Below, one piece after another: positions 40,536 through 50,750 of a DNA stretch of 64,000 nucleotides. The notes beneath the pieces are model-generated. The model was not told where the DNA came from and searched no databases. It worked only from the letters and a program-made list of their open reading frames with translations. Source of the DNA: Sedimentisphaeraceae bacterium JB056 (GTDB lineage Bacteria; Planctomycetota; Phycisphaerae; Sedimentisphaerales; Sedimentisphaeraceae); NCBI GenBank assembly GCA_044440125.1, contig JBITAJ010000029.1, positions 343,318 through 407,317 on the forward strand, written 5' to 3'. The first letter of the stretch is position 1. Each line of letters begins with the position of its first letter. Made by a program: the position numbers and the translations under genes.

Positions 40536-41541
40536 TGGGAGCTGTCCTACTATGACTAACTGTACTATCGCAGGTAATTCGGCGACTGGTAATGGTGGGG
40601 GTGTTTATGTTGATACTCAATTGCAAAACCAGAGCCTTGATATAGCTAATAGTATTTTGTGGGCAAACTCTGATGTCAGCGGCACGCTGGAAACATCGCA
40701 GGTTTATCTTAATAACGCGAATATTGACATCAATTATAGTTGCGTTCAAAACCTGACAGGCACTCTCGGCGGTGTTGATAATATTGCCGTAAATCCGCAA
40801 TTCGTTGCGGCTAACGATGGTGCGGGAGTTGATAATCAATACGGCACCGCTGATGATAATTTCCGTATGTTCTGGACTTCACCATGCATTGATTCCGGCA
40901 GTCCTGCATATCTACCTAAAGATATAACAGATATTGATCAAGACGGCGATTCTCTGGAGAAGATATTATATGATATTGATATGAATAAGAGGTCATATCA
41001 AGTTGATAGGAGAGCTTATGAGATTTATGATTATATACGCGTAGGTGTTATCTGCTGGATAAATGAGTCTGATAAATATCAAGCGAATATTAACGGGATT
41101 TATGATACGCATTTGGAATATTTCAATGATGAAATTTTGCCTCTTTACCCTGTAACAGCCGGGTGTCTGGTACCTCCTTATGGTAGCCCTCATACTATAA
41201 ATCAAGTGTTACCGACTGGTTACTCTGCGCCCGATGAAATCTATATGGATATTTTCCCTAATGTCGATTTTAACGATATGAAGACCGATTTTTACAATAT
41301 ATTTGGCTATAATCATAATCTTGAAAAGATTATTTTAATAGTTGATGCTACCGGTTCAATGAGTGTTAACCTTACCGGATCATCTGCTTATAGTGATTTT
41401 ATTGCTTGGCTTGAAGGTACAGGAAGCGGTCAGCAAGGGCTTACTGTCATAGAGGATAAGAATGATATAACAGATGCCTATGAGTGGAAAGATGAATTAT
41501 GGATTAATCGTATAAGTTCTCAAATTGAAGCTAATTTTTAA
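40504..41541 (+). pseudogene. 5'-truncated beta-helix (choice-of-anchor Q-like) protein with a vWA-like C-terminus
   Basis: Begins mid-repeat (PTMTNCTIAGNSATGNGGG...NSILW-N...YSCV...SPCIDSG) with no signal peptide; C-terminal LIVDATGSM; 5' end abuts the PEP-CTERM tail copy. Confidence 0.65.
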
Positions 41542-41572
41542 CTTTAATATTGTATATAGAAGGGACAGTAAA

Positions 41573-42118
41573 ATGAAGAATAAAGTACTCTTTATAATTG
41601 GACTGATTTTTGTATGTAACTATTGTTTTGCATCTGTTGCATTCGACCCTGATGCGCCGCTAGTTTATTACTATCAGGATACGGGGCTGTTATTACTGGA
41701 TACAAATGGCTGGGAAATTAGTACTGTTTCAGTGAGTTTCAATTACAGGGTAGAGTTGGGTGGTTATGCAAATAATGGTTTCTTTGATAATTCCGAGAGC
41801 AATCCTCTGTTTGAGCCGTGGGGAGGTCCTATATCTGTAGCTGGATGGAAAGCGGATGATGTTGGAGAGGAGGTATATGGGCAAGTAGAAAATTTAGGAG
41901 GGCAAAGTGCACTCAATCCTCTTTACCAAGGAATTGGTGCATGGGGGCAAATATCAGCTGGTTTAGTACAAGAAGATTTTCAGCAAGTTTGGTTTTCTGC
42001 AATAAAAGAAGGAGGCGATGATTCTGAATATACCAACGTTATCATCGTTCCCGAACCGGCTACGATGCTTTTGCTTGGTCTTGGCGGGATTGCGGTTGCC
42101 CGCAGGCGAAAAGGCTGA
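41573..42118 (+). CDS. PEP-CTERM sorting domain protein (paralog 1)
   Basis: Signal peptide from ATG 41573; ends VPEPATMLLLGLGGIAVARRRKG. Confidence 0.92.
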   Translation: MKNKVLFIIGLIFVCNYCFASVAFDPDAPLVYYYQDTGLLLLDTNGWEISTVSVSFNYRVELGGYANNGFFDNSESNPLFEPWGGPISVAGWKADDVGEEVYGQVENLGGQSALNPLYQGIGAWGQISAGLVQEDFQQVWFSAIKEGGDDSEYTNVIIVPEPATMLLLGLGGIAVARRRKG

Positions 42119-42141
42119 TATTTTAGTAAAGGAATAGAAAG

Positions 42142-42675
42142 ATGAAAAAACAAATTTTTATTATAACCGGTCTAATATCTGTGTTTAATGTCTGCTTGGG
42201 AGCAATTGCAGTCGATACTGATGCTCCATTAGTCTATTACTATAAGGACACAGGATTGTTACTGTATGATACTAACGGATGGGAAATGGGTACAGTTTCA
42301 ATAGCCTTCAAATATCGAGAAGACTTGGGTGGTTACGCGAATAATGGCTTTTTCGATAATTCTGAAGACAATCCACTATTTGAGCCCTGGGGAGGTCCCA
42401 TAGATGTTGTTGGATGGAAAGCAGGTGATGTTGGAGAAAACGTATACGGGCAAGTTGAAGATATGTTTGGTAATCCCAGTTATACAGGTGGACTGGCTGC
42501 TTGGGGGCAGATATCAAGCGGATTAACGGAAGTAGATTTTGACTATGTTCGCTATGTAGAGTTTGGAGTTTCTGGGTCGTATTATACCAACGTTATCATC
42601 GTCCCCGAACCGGCGAGTATGCTTCTGCTTGGGCTTGGCGGGATTGCGGTTGCCCGCAGGAGAAAGTGTTGCTGA
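42142..42675 (+). CDS. PEP-CTERM sorting domain protein (paralog 2)
   Basis: Clear paralog of the previous gene; ends VPEPASMLLLGLGGIAVARRRKCC. Confidence 0.92.
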   Translation: MKKQIFIITGLISVFNVCLGAIAVDTDAPLVYYYKDTGLLLYDTNGWEMGTVSIAFKYREDLGGYANNGFFDNSEDNPLFEPWGGPIDVVGWKAGDVGENVYGQVEDMFGNPSYTGGLAAWGQISSGLTEVDFDYVRYVEFGVSGSYYTNVIIVPEPASMLLLGLGGIAVARRRKCC

Positions 42676-42963
42676 GGTTATAATAGGGATAGAGAGAGTA
42701 ATAATGTGAAATTTATTATAATCGGTTTAATATTTGCTTAAGCAATGAAGTATTCGAACTTTATAACCTTAACTTGTTTCTTATAAGTTGATTTTTGATA
42801 GTTATTTACCGCCTTCTGTTGTTGATGGGAGGCGGTTTTGTTTTGGCTGGGTTTTTGTTGTGTATAATATCTTCTATTTCGCCTAATGAGAGGCTTGTTA
42901 TCACTTTAGCTGTAATACCGCCTTTCTTGCTGATTACAAAACGGCTCAAAAAGGGTCTCTTTT

Positions 42964-42981
42964 TTGTAAAACATTTCACAA
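42964..42981. promoter_or_regulatory. Rex-type operator upstream of PFOR
   Basis: TTGTAAA-ACAT-TTCACAA is one mismatch from TTGTGAA-N4-TTCACAA and lies next to promoter TTGATA-16-TATAAT (42988-43015). Confidence 0.65.
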
Positions 42982-43255
42982 AAAACATTGATACATAGAA
43001 CAAAAACCATATAATTAGGCGCGTTTGTACTTTAATAGTTAAAAAGTATCCTTCGATTAAAGTCCAATCTGAAAATTGCAGTTTTATGAAACTTCAATGA
43101 TTTCATAAGTGATTTTTGCGGTTTGTTATGATCTATTCATCAGCTTCTGATTATTTTCAGGCTTGATGTTCAAAGATAATACGTAAATAATCAGTGTCTT
43201 AGAGCCGACCTGTAGCTTTAGGATGCGTTCCGTTTTACAATAAATAGGAGTAAAT

Positions 43256-46200
43256 ATGTCAAGAAAAATGGTGACAATTGACGGTAACATGGCCGCTGCA
43301 CATTCAGCACATGCTACCAACGAAGTGATCGCGATCTATCCGATCACCCCATCAAGTCCGATGGGTGAGATCTCGGATGCGAAAACCGCGGTCCATGAAA
43401 AGAATATCTGGGGTACAATACCATCAGTAACAGAAATGCAGTCTGAGGGCGGTGCTTCAGGTGCGGTTCACGGTGCGTTGGCTGCCGGTGCTCTTACCAC
43501 AACTTTTACAGCTTCTCAGGGTCTGCTTCTCATGATCCCGAATATGTACAAGATTGCCGGTGAGCTTACACCTACAGTTTTCCACGTTACAGCAAGGTCT
43601 CTTGCATGCCAGGCACTTTCAATTTTTGGTGACCACTCAGACGTAATGGCTTGTCGTCAGACAGGTTTTGCGATGTTGTGTTCAAACTCAGTTCAGGAAG
43701 TAATGGACTTTGCACTTATCGCTCAGGCCGCTACTCTTGAATCAAGAGTTCCTTTCCTTCACTTCTTCGATGGTTTCCGTACAAGTCACGAAATCAAGAA
43801 GGTTGAAGAACTTACATTCGATGACATGAAAGCTATGATCAATAATGATCTGGTTCGTGCCCACAAGGCAAGAGCTCTTTCTCCTGATCATCCAATGATA
43901 AGCGGTACTGCTCAGAATCCTGATGTTTATTTCCAGGGTCGTGAGACAGTTAACAAGTTCTATCTTGCTACTCCTGATATCGTTCAGAATGCAATGGACA
44001 AATTCGCATCTATCACAGGTCGTCAGTACAAACTGTTCGATTATGTAGGTGCTCCTGATGCAGAGAAAGTCATCATGCTTATGGGTTCAGGCGCTGATAC
44101 CGCTGATGAGACCGTAGCTGCGATGGCTGCAAAGGGTGAGAAGGTCGGTGTTCTTAAGGTACGTCTCTACAGGCCTTTCAGCGTTGAACATTTTATCAAT
44201 GCTCTGCCTAAGACAGTCAAGAAGATTGCCGTTCTCGACAGAACAAAAGAGCCAGGTGCTGTTGGCGAGCCTCTTTATGTTGACGTTCGTACAGCTATCG
44301 GCGAAGCAATGGGCGCGGGCAAGGCACCATTCGAGACTTATCCAACAATCGTTGGCGGTCGTTACGGTCTTGGTTCAAAAGAATTCACACCGGCAATGGT
44401 TAAGGGTGTATTTGACAACCTTGACGCTTCTGAGCCTAAGAATCTCTTTACAGTCGGTATCGTTGATGATGTTACAAATTCAAGTATCGACTATGATCCT
44501 TCGTTCCAGCTTGAGACAGATGCCTACCAGGCTATGTTCTACGGCCTCGGTTCAGACGGTACAGTTGGTGCTAACAAGAACAGTATCAAGATTATCGGTT
44601 CTCTTACGGATAACTATGCACAGGGTTACTTTGTATATGACTCCAAGAAGGCCGGTGCGATTACCGTATCTCACTTGAGATTTGGTAAAGAAGTTCTGAG
44701 GAAACCATACCTTATCAGTCAGGCTGATTTCGTTGCATGTCATAATCCAAGCTTCCTCGAGAAGTATGATATGCTCAAGAATGCTAAAGAAGGTGCGACA
44801 TTCCTTCTTACAAGTTCTCACAGTGCTGACGAAGTTTGGAGTACACTGCCTTGTGAAGTACAAAAGCAGATTATCGACAAGAAGCTTAAGTTCTACGTGA
44901 TCGATGCTATCAGCATTGCTGAAGAGCTTGGTCTTGGTGCAAGAATCAACGTTATCATGCAGACAGCGTTCTTCAAGATCTCAGGCGTTATTGAAATCGA
45001 TAAGGCTGTTGATGCTATTAAGGGTGCAATCAAGAAGAGTTACGGCAAGAAGGGCGATAAGATTGTCAATATGAACAACGCCGCCGTTGATGCCGCTCTT
45101 GAGAAAATTTACGAAGTTACTGTACCAGCAGAAGTTACAAGCTCTACTCATATGGCTGAAGCTGTACCTGCTGATGCTCCTGATTTCGTTAAGGAAGTTA
45201 CCGCTCCTATCCTTTCAGGTAATGGTGACGACCTTCCGGTCAGCAAAATGCCTGTTGACGGTAAATTCCCAACAGCTACTACAAAATATGAAAAGCGTAA
45301 TATCGCTGTTAATATCCCTGCATGGGAGCCTGATATCTGTATCCAGTGCGGTCAGTGTTCGCTGGTTTGTCCACACGCTGCTATCCGTATCAAGGCTTAT
45401 GATCCTGATTGCCTCAAGGATGCTCCTGAGACATTCAAGAGTGCTGAAGCCAAGGGTAAAGATCTCAAGGGTATGAAGTTTACAGTTCAGGTTGCTCCTG
45501 AAGATTGTACCGGTTGCGGTGCATGTGTTGTAAACTGCCCAGCAAAGAGCAAGACAGAAGAAGGTAAGAAGGCTATTAATATGACCGTTCAGGAGCCACT
45601 GCGTGATGCTGAGGCTAAGAACTGGGATTACTTCCTTTCACTGCCTGCTACTGATCCTTCAAAATTCAAGATTGCTTCTATCAAGGGCAGCCAGTTCATC
45701 GATCCGCTGTTTGAGTTCAGTGGAGCGTGTGCAGGTTGCGGCGAGACTGCTTATGTTAAGCTTCTCAGCCAGTTGTTCGGCGATAGGGCACTTATAGCTA
45801 ACGCTACAGGTTGTTCTTCAATCTACGGCGGTAACTTGCCAACTACTCCATATGCTCAGAGAGCTGACGGTCGCGGACCTGCATGGAGTAACAGCTTGTT
45901 CGAAGATAATGCTGAGTTTGGTATGGGTATGAGACTTACAGTCGATAAGTTCCAGGAGTATGCTCTTGAGCTTCTTGATACAGTAGTTGAAAAAGGCTGC
46001 TTCGATGCGGATGCTGCTGCCGAGATCAAGGCCGGTATCAATGTTAAAGAGCAGGCTGAAATCGAAGAGCAGAGAGTACGCGTTGGTAAGCTTAAAGCGG
46101 CTGTTGAAGGCTGTGACGGCGAGACAGCGAAGGAAATGCTCAGCGTAGCGGATTATCTGGTACCGAAGAGTGTTTGGATCGTTGGTGGTGACGGATGGGC

Positions 46201-46819
46201 TTATGACATCGGTTACGGCGGACTCGATCACGTACTTGCAAGCGGCAAGAATGTAAACGTACTTGTACTTGATACAGAAGTTTACTCTAATACAGGTGGA
46301 CAGATGTCTAAGTCTACTCCGCTTGGTGCTGTTGCCAAGTTTGCTGCCGGCGGTAAGCAGATGCCTAAGAAGGATTTCGGTATGATCTCAATGACATACG
46401 GCGGAATCTATGTTGCCAAGGTATCAATCGGTGCTAATCCTAATCAGGTTGTTAAGGCGTTCGTTGAGGCTGAGAAGTATGATGGTCCAAGTATTATCCT
46501 GGCCTACTCACACTGTATTGCTCACGGCATTAACATGATGACTGGTCTGGAAGAGCAGAAGAAGGCTGTAAGCTGTGGTCACTGGCCGCTTTACAGGTAC
46601 AATCCTGAGCTTGCTGCTGAAGGCAAGAATCCGCTTCAGCTTGACTCCAAGGCTCCAACAACTGCTTATGGCGACTTTGCCGGCGGCGAAGGTCGTTGGA
46701 AAATCCTGCAGAAGATGGATCCGGCTGCGGCTGAGTCTCTCATTAATTCTGCCGGTGATGATGCAGCGAAGAAATTCTGTCTGCTTCAGAAGCTTGCTGA
46801 TATTAAGTGTGACGACTGA
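43256..46819 (+). CDS. nifJ: Pyruvate:ferredoxin (flavodoxin) oxidoreductase, single-chain
   Basis: YPITPS, EMQSEGGA, GLGSDGTVGANKNS, two CxxCxxCxxxCP motifs, FSGACAGCGE and GGDGWAYDIG. Confidence 0.97.
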   Translation: MSRKMVTIDGNMAAAHSAHATNEVIAIYPITPSSPMGEISDAKTAVHEKNIWGTIPSVTEMQSEGGASGAVHGALAAGALTTTFTASQGLLLMIPNMYKIAGELTPTVFHVTARSLACQALSIFGDHSDVMACRQTGFAMLCSNSVQEVMDFALIAQAATLESRVPFLHFFDGFRTSHEIKKVEELTFDDMKAMINNDLVRAHKARALSPDHPMISGTAQNPDVYFQGRETVNKFYLATPDIVQNAMDKFASITGRQYKLFDYVGAPDAEKVIMLMGSGADTADETVAAMAAKGEKVGVLKVRLYRPFSVEHFINALPKTVKKIAVLDRTKEPGAVGEPLYVDVRTAIGEAMGAGKAPFETYPTIVGGRYGLGSKEFTPAMVKGVFDNLDASEPKNLFTVGIVDDVTNSSIDYDPSFQLETDAYQAMFYGLGSDGTVGANKNSIKIIGSLTDNYAQGYFVYDSKKAGAITVSHLRFGKEVLRKPYLISQADFVACHNPSFLEKYDMLKNAKEGATFLLTSSHSADEVWSTLPCEVQKQIIDKKLKFYVIDAISIAEELGLGARINVIMQTAFFKISGVIEIDKAVDAIKGAIKKSYGKKGDKIVNMNNAAVDAALEKIYEVTVPAEVTSSTHMAEAVPADAPDFVKEVTAPILSGNGDDLPVSKMPVDGKFPTATTKYEKRNIAVNIPAWEPDICIQCGQCSLVCPHAAIRIKAYDPDCLKDAPETFKSAEAKGKDLKGMKFTVQVAPEDCTGCGACVVNCPAKSKTEEGKKAINMTVQEPLRDAEAKNWDYFLSLPATDPSKFKIASIKGSQFIDPLFEFSGACAGCGETAYVKLLSQLFGDRALIANATGCSSIYGGNLPTTPYAQRADGRGPAWSNSLFEDNAEFGMGMRLTVDKFQEYALELLDTVVEKGCFDADAAAEIKAGINVKEQAEIEEQRVRVGKLKAAVEGCDGETAKEMLSVADYLVPKSVWIVGGDGWAYDIGYGGLDHVLASGKNVNVLVLDTEVYSNTGGQMSKSTPLGAVAKFAAGGKQMPKKDFGMISMTYGGIYVAKVSIGANPNQVVKAFVEAEKYDGPSIILAYSHCIAHGINMMTGLEEQKKAVSCGHWPLYRYNPELAAEGKNPLQLDSKAPTTAYGDFAGGEGRWKILQKMDPAAAESLINSAGDDAAKKFCLLQKLADIKCDD

Positions 46820-46844
46820 TTCACTGCTTAAGATAATTATAAAT

Positions 46845-46882
46845 AAAAAGGTCGGTTGCCAAATGGCGACCGGCCTTTTTTT
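46845..46882. terminator. Bidirectional terminator
   Basis: AAAAAGGTCGGTTGCC-AAAT-GGCGACCGGCCTTTTTTT. Confidence 0.8.
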
Positions 46883-46891
46883 GTTGTTTTC

Positions 46892-46921
46892 TGCGGATAC
46901 GCGATGAATCGCGTATCCGCA
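46892..46921. repeat. Perfect REP-like palindrome
   Basis: TGCGGATACGCGAT-GA-ATCGCGTATCCGCA (14-bp arms). Confidence 0.65.
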
Positions 46922-46977
46922 AGAGTGGGGCTTGCAAATGTTAGCTTAAGCTGAAAGCCAAATAGCTACGAGGGGGA

Positions 46978-48369
46978 TTATCCGATTATTTTTGCGTGAT
47001 AGCAGTCGTTTTCAAGCATTGCGTAAGTAAAGGTTCCTTTTTTCAGGTTTGTGCCTTTCAGCTTCACCTCAAAGTACCTGCCGCAACGTCCGGTCTGTTT
47101 CTTTTCATTTTCAATTATCAACGAAACTTTCTCGCCTGCAAATTGTTTTCTGAACTCATCTTGCAACTGTTTGTCGAGCTGAGAAAGGTCGGCTGAACGT
47201 TGCTTGATGATCTTAGGATCAATCTGGTTTTTCATTTTCTCAGCAGCGGTTCCTTTTCTCTTGGAAAAGCTGAATACGTGAATCTTTGCGAATCCTGCAA
47301 AGCGTGCCATATCCATTGACTGCTGGAAATCATCTTCTGTTTCACCGGGGAAACCAACGATAATATCTGTAGTAATTGCCGGCCTGTCGATTACTTGCTT
47401 AATCTTTGCTATACAGTCTCTGAATTGCTCTGCGCTGTATTGACGGTTCATTTTTTTCAATATCGTTGATGAGCCGGATTGAAGAGACAGGTGTAGATGT
47501 GGAGCGAGGTTATCGTGTTTTTTGAACAATTCAAGCAGTTCATCCGTAACATCTCCAGGCTCCAGAGAGCTTAGACGTAATCTTTTGAGGCCTTCCAGTT
47601 GGGCTATGCGGTCTACAAGAGCTATAAAGCTGTTTTGTTTTTCCGAATCCCAGTGTCGGCGTTTTACTGTGCTTTGGCCGTAAGCGCCGAGAAAGATGCC
47701 GGTGAGTACTATTTCTTTGTGCCCATCGGCAATTATCTGGCGGGCTTCATTGATAATATCTTCGCTGCTGCGTGAGGATATTTTAGTCCTTATTTTTGGG
47801 ATTATGCAGTAACTGCAGAATCCGTCACAGCCGTCTTGTATTTTTAGAAACGCCCTTGATTGGCTATAAAATGTATCCGTATTGTCCTGTAATATGGCAG
47901 TATTTGAATTTTTCTTGCTTTTAGTGCAAGATAACCCGTTTTTATCCTTGATTTTAGAGGCGTTTCCGGTTTTACTAATAGGACTATGGTCGAAACCTGT
48001 TTGGGGCTCGTTTTGACTATTGGTTTTTGAGGTATTTATTATCTCAATTAAAGCGGCCCTGAGGTCATCGGACTTGCTTATGAATAGTACTTCATTGTCA
48101 AGACCGTTGATTTCTTTTTTGCCTGCGTCGGGTAAACAACCCGTAGCGACGACTTTACAGTCTGAGCCGGCACCAAGCTGTTTACGCAGCATTTGTCTGC
48201 TTTTTGAAGATGCAGTATGGGTTACACAGCAAGTATGGACGATAGCCAAGTCGGCATCGCTTGCTGCTGCAACTTGAACGAGACCAAAGCCAGTTAGCAT
48301 TTTTGCTATTTGGTGGCTTTCGTACTGGTTGACTTTACAACCCAGTGAAGTTATACAAAACGTTTTCAT
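46978..48369 (-). CDS. mtaB: tRNA t6A37 methylthiotransferase
   Basis: LGCKVNQYES, HTCCVT, RAFLKIQDGCDGFCSYCIIP, HLHLSLQSG and IHVF-FS-R-GT. Start at ATG 48369. Confidence 0.92.
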   Translation of the reverse strand: MKTFCITSLGCKVNQYESHQIAKMLTGFGLVQVAAASDADLAIVHTCCVTHTASSKSRQMLRKQLGAGSDCKVVATGCLPDAGKKEINGLDNEVLFISKSDDLRAALIEIINTSKTNSQNEPQTGFDHSPISKTGNASKIKDKNGLSCTKSKKNSNTAILQDNTDTFYSQSRAFLKIQDGCDGFCSYCIIPKIRTKISSRSSEDIINEARQIIADGHKEIVLTGIFLGAYGQSTVKRRHWDSEKQNSFIALVDRIAQLEGLKRLRLSSLEPGDVTDELLELFKKHDNLAPHLHLSLQSGSSTILKKMNRQYSAEQFRDCIAKIKQVIDRPAITTDIIVGFPGETEDDFQQSMDMARFAGFAKIHVFSFSKRKGTAAEKMKNQIDPKIIKQRSADLSQLDKQLQDEFRKQFAGEKVSLIIENEKKQTGRCGRYFEVKLKGTNLKKGTFTYAMLENDCYHAKIIG

Positions 48370-48448
48370 GGCGTAAAAGAATAAACGAAAAAAAGAATAA
48401 TTCAAGTCTATTGTTTAATGTGGACAATAAACAGGAGATTAAGATAAT

Positions 48449-50713
48449 ATGGCATCAGCATCCAAGAGTGTCTGGGCGATCGATGTGGGTAACAGCTCAC
48501 TAAAAGCGATGTGCTTACGTCAAAATGGCGATTCGATAGAAGTTATCGATAATATAATAATAGAGCATGATCTTGTGTTGAGCGGCCCCGATGTAGATGA
48601 GGCCAGACGCGAGCAGGCAATATCAGAATCGATCGGTAAGCTTGCCGAGCAGAGGGACCTTCGTAATCAGGAGATCATAATCTCTGTGGCAGGTCAGACT
48701 AGTTTCTCTCGTTTTATCAAGCTTCCTCCTGTTGAGAAGAAGAAGATCCCTAAGATGATCCAATTCGAAGCTCAGCAGCAGATACCTTTTGATATTCATG
48801 AGGTTGAGTGGGATTATCAATTGATGACCGACTCTGACAGTCCTGATGCATCAGTTGGTATATTTGCAATCAAAAATGAGCTTGTAGCCTCTATTCTTTC
48901 CCACTATACAGAGCACAGTGTTAGGGTTGGTGCGGTTCAGATGGCACCTATCGCAATATACAATTATGCCTGCAAAGAGTATGACGGCATAACTGATAAC
49001 GCCAAGAAGGCCTCTATATTGCTTGATATAGGAACCGATAATACGAACCTTGTCATTTGTTCGGGTAAGAATGTATGGCAAAGATGTATCCCTATGGGCG
49101 GTAATTCATTTACTCAGGCGATATCAAGTTCATTTAACATAAGCTTCGAAAAGGCTGAGAAACTTAAGCGAGGTGCTCAGGCCAGTAAGTATGCCAAGCA
49201 GGTATTTCAGGCTATGCGACCTGTGTATACCAAGCTCTCTGAGGAAATACAAAGATCTATCGGTTATTATCTCTCAACAAGTAATGTTGAATTCAGCAAG
49301 GTAATAGCTATAGGCGGCGGTTTCAAATTGCAAGGTGTTGCTAAATTCCTCCAGCAAAGTCTGGGGATTAAGATGGTATTGCCGACTGAGTTCAAGAAAA
49401 TAACTCTCGGTGAAAGCGTCAATGCGGCTAAATTCCATGAGTCGGTTTTGGATATGGGTGTTGCCTACGGTCTTGGCGTTCAGGGCCTTGGGATGGCACA
49501 AATAGGTACCAATCTGCTTCCTCGTAAGCTTGCACGCGTTATGTCCTGGAAGCAGAAGTCGAAGTTCTTCAATATTGCTGCAGCTATTCTTCTCGTGGCG
49601 GCTGTACTTTCATTTGGACGTGCAATGAAAGACAAGATTGCCTATGGATCAAACAGTTCAACGAGAAGGTCGATACAGTCTGTTATATCTGAAGCACAGT
49701 CGGTGCAGTCCGATCTTTCTGAGCAGGAGAGCAGGCAAGACAGACTTGAAGATCAAATTGAAACTTATTTTGGTTATTTCGATTATAGGGAAGTGGTTCC
49801 TTCATTCATAAACGGACTTGTTTCCTGCCTTCCTAACGCAGCTAATACACCTGAACAGGCAGAGCTTTATGATGCTATTGCGCAGGGTGATATCAAGACA
49901 GTCAAGAGTATTGATCGCGGCGATAGAAAACTCATATTCGTAACCAGTGTCTCCGTAGACTATGCACCAAGCGTCGCAGGAGCCGTATTCGGTCAGACTA
50001 AGACTCGAAGTGCCAAGAGCACAGGCGGTGATATGGGCATGGGTATGGACATGGGCATGGGAATGCCGGGAATGGGTATGCCAGGTATGGGAATGCCGGG
50101 CATGGGTATGCCGGGCGGCGGTATGGACATGGGCATGGGTATGCCGGGCGGTATGGATTTCGGACGTACCGATGAAGATGCTGCAGATAGTGACGGTCCC
50201 GGATTTCTTGTTATACTCGAAGGCTATATACCTTATGAGAACTTTGGTGAACTCATGGATCCTCCTGGCGTTGGTGATGACAGGCTCAAATGGGGTCTTA
50301 TTACTTTCCTTGAGAATTTCAGCGATGTGTATACTAAAAATGAACTGACACTTTTCGAAAAAGATTCTTCAAATCATTTTGTTTATGAATACGGTGCAGT
50401 TGATGTCGCTGATAATAAGATGCCTGCCGGTATTGGTAAAGAGGTTACTAAAGTCCGTGTTGATACAGAAAGCACAGACAATAGGAGAAGGGCTGTTACT
50501 GTTCGTCGCGATGGCAGTAAGGTTGTTGAAAAGGAAGTCGTTCTTATTGATCCAATGACTGGCGAAGAGATGAGTAAGACATTCAAACTTGACGAAAACG
50601 GAGTAAAGCAGTTTGATGATTACGGCGAAGAGATAACAATAACTCGTGATCACTGGTTCAGGATAAAAGCAAAATTCCTGTGGAAAGACGCACCTGATAG
50701 CGAAGAGGAATAA
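48449..50713 (+). CDS. pilM: Type IV pilus assembly protein PilM with fused membrane/periplasmic extension
   Basis: WAIDVG-SSLK, RFIKLPPV, FEAQQQIPF, LDIG, GGNSFT and A-GL--QGL...NLLP, then a transmembrane helix and coiled coil. Confidence 0.85.
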   Translation: MASASKSVWAIDVGNSSLKAMCLRQNGDSIEVIDNIIIEHDLVLSGPDVDEARREQAISESIGKLAEQRDLRNQEIIISVAGQTSFSRFIKLPPVEKKKIPKMIQFEAQQQIPFDIHEVEWDYQLMTDSDSPDASVGIFAIKNELVASILSHYTEHSVRVGAVQMAPIAIYNYACKEYDGITDNAKKASILLDIGTDNTNLVICSGKNVWQRCIPMGGNSFTQAISSSFNISFEKAEKLKRGAQASKYAKQVFQAMRPVYTKLSEEIQRSIGYYLSTSNVEFSKVIAIGGGFKLQGVAKFLQQSLGIKMVLPTEFKKITLGESVNAAKFHESVLDMGVAYGLGVQGLGMAQIGTNLLPRKLARVMSWKQKSKFFNIAAAILLVAAVLSFGRAMKDKIAYGSNSSTRRSIQSVISEAQSVQSDLSEQESRQDRLEDQIETYFGYFDYREVVPSFINGLVSCLPNAANTPEQAELYDAIAQGDIKTVKSIDRGDRKLIFVTSVSVDYAPSVAGAVFGQTKTRSAKSTGGDMGMGMDMGMGMPGMGMPGMGMPGMGMPGGGMDMGMGMPGGMDFGRTDEDAADSDGPGFLVILEGYIPYENFGELMDPPGVGDDRLKWGLITFLENFSDVYTKNELTLFEKDSSNHFVYEYGAVDVADNKMPAGIGKEVTKVRVDTESTDNRRRAVTVRRDGSKVVEKEVVLIDPMTGEEMSKTFKLDENGVKQFDDYGEEITITRDHWFRIKAKFLWKDAPDSEEE

Positions 50714-50750
50714 TTGCTTTAGATTACGAAAGAGATTAAGAGGTTCATAA

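Noticed and set aside
40501..42660. Three 35-bp direct repeats as CRISPR or integron attC sites
   Set aside because: Spacing is 0.55-1.6 kb, the sequence encodes the PEP-CTERM helix, there is no attC-type palindrome, and no integrase or cas gene is present.
42795..43003. Two short overlapping ORFs before nifJ
   Set aside because: They overlap the PFOR promoter and operator and have no clear RBS. The hydrophobic plus-strand ORF could be a remnant but is unsupported.
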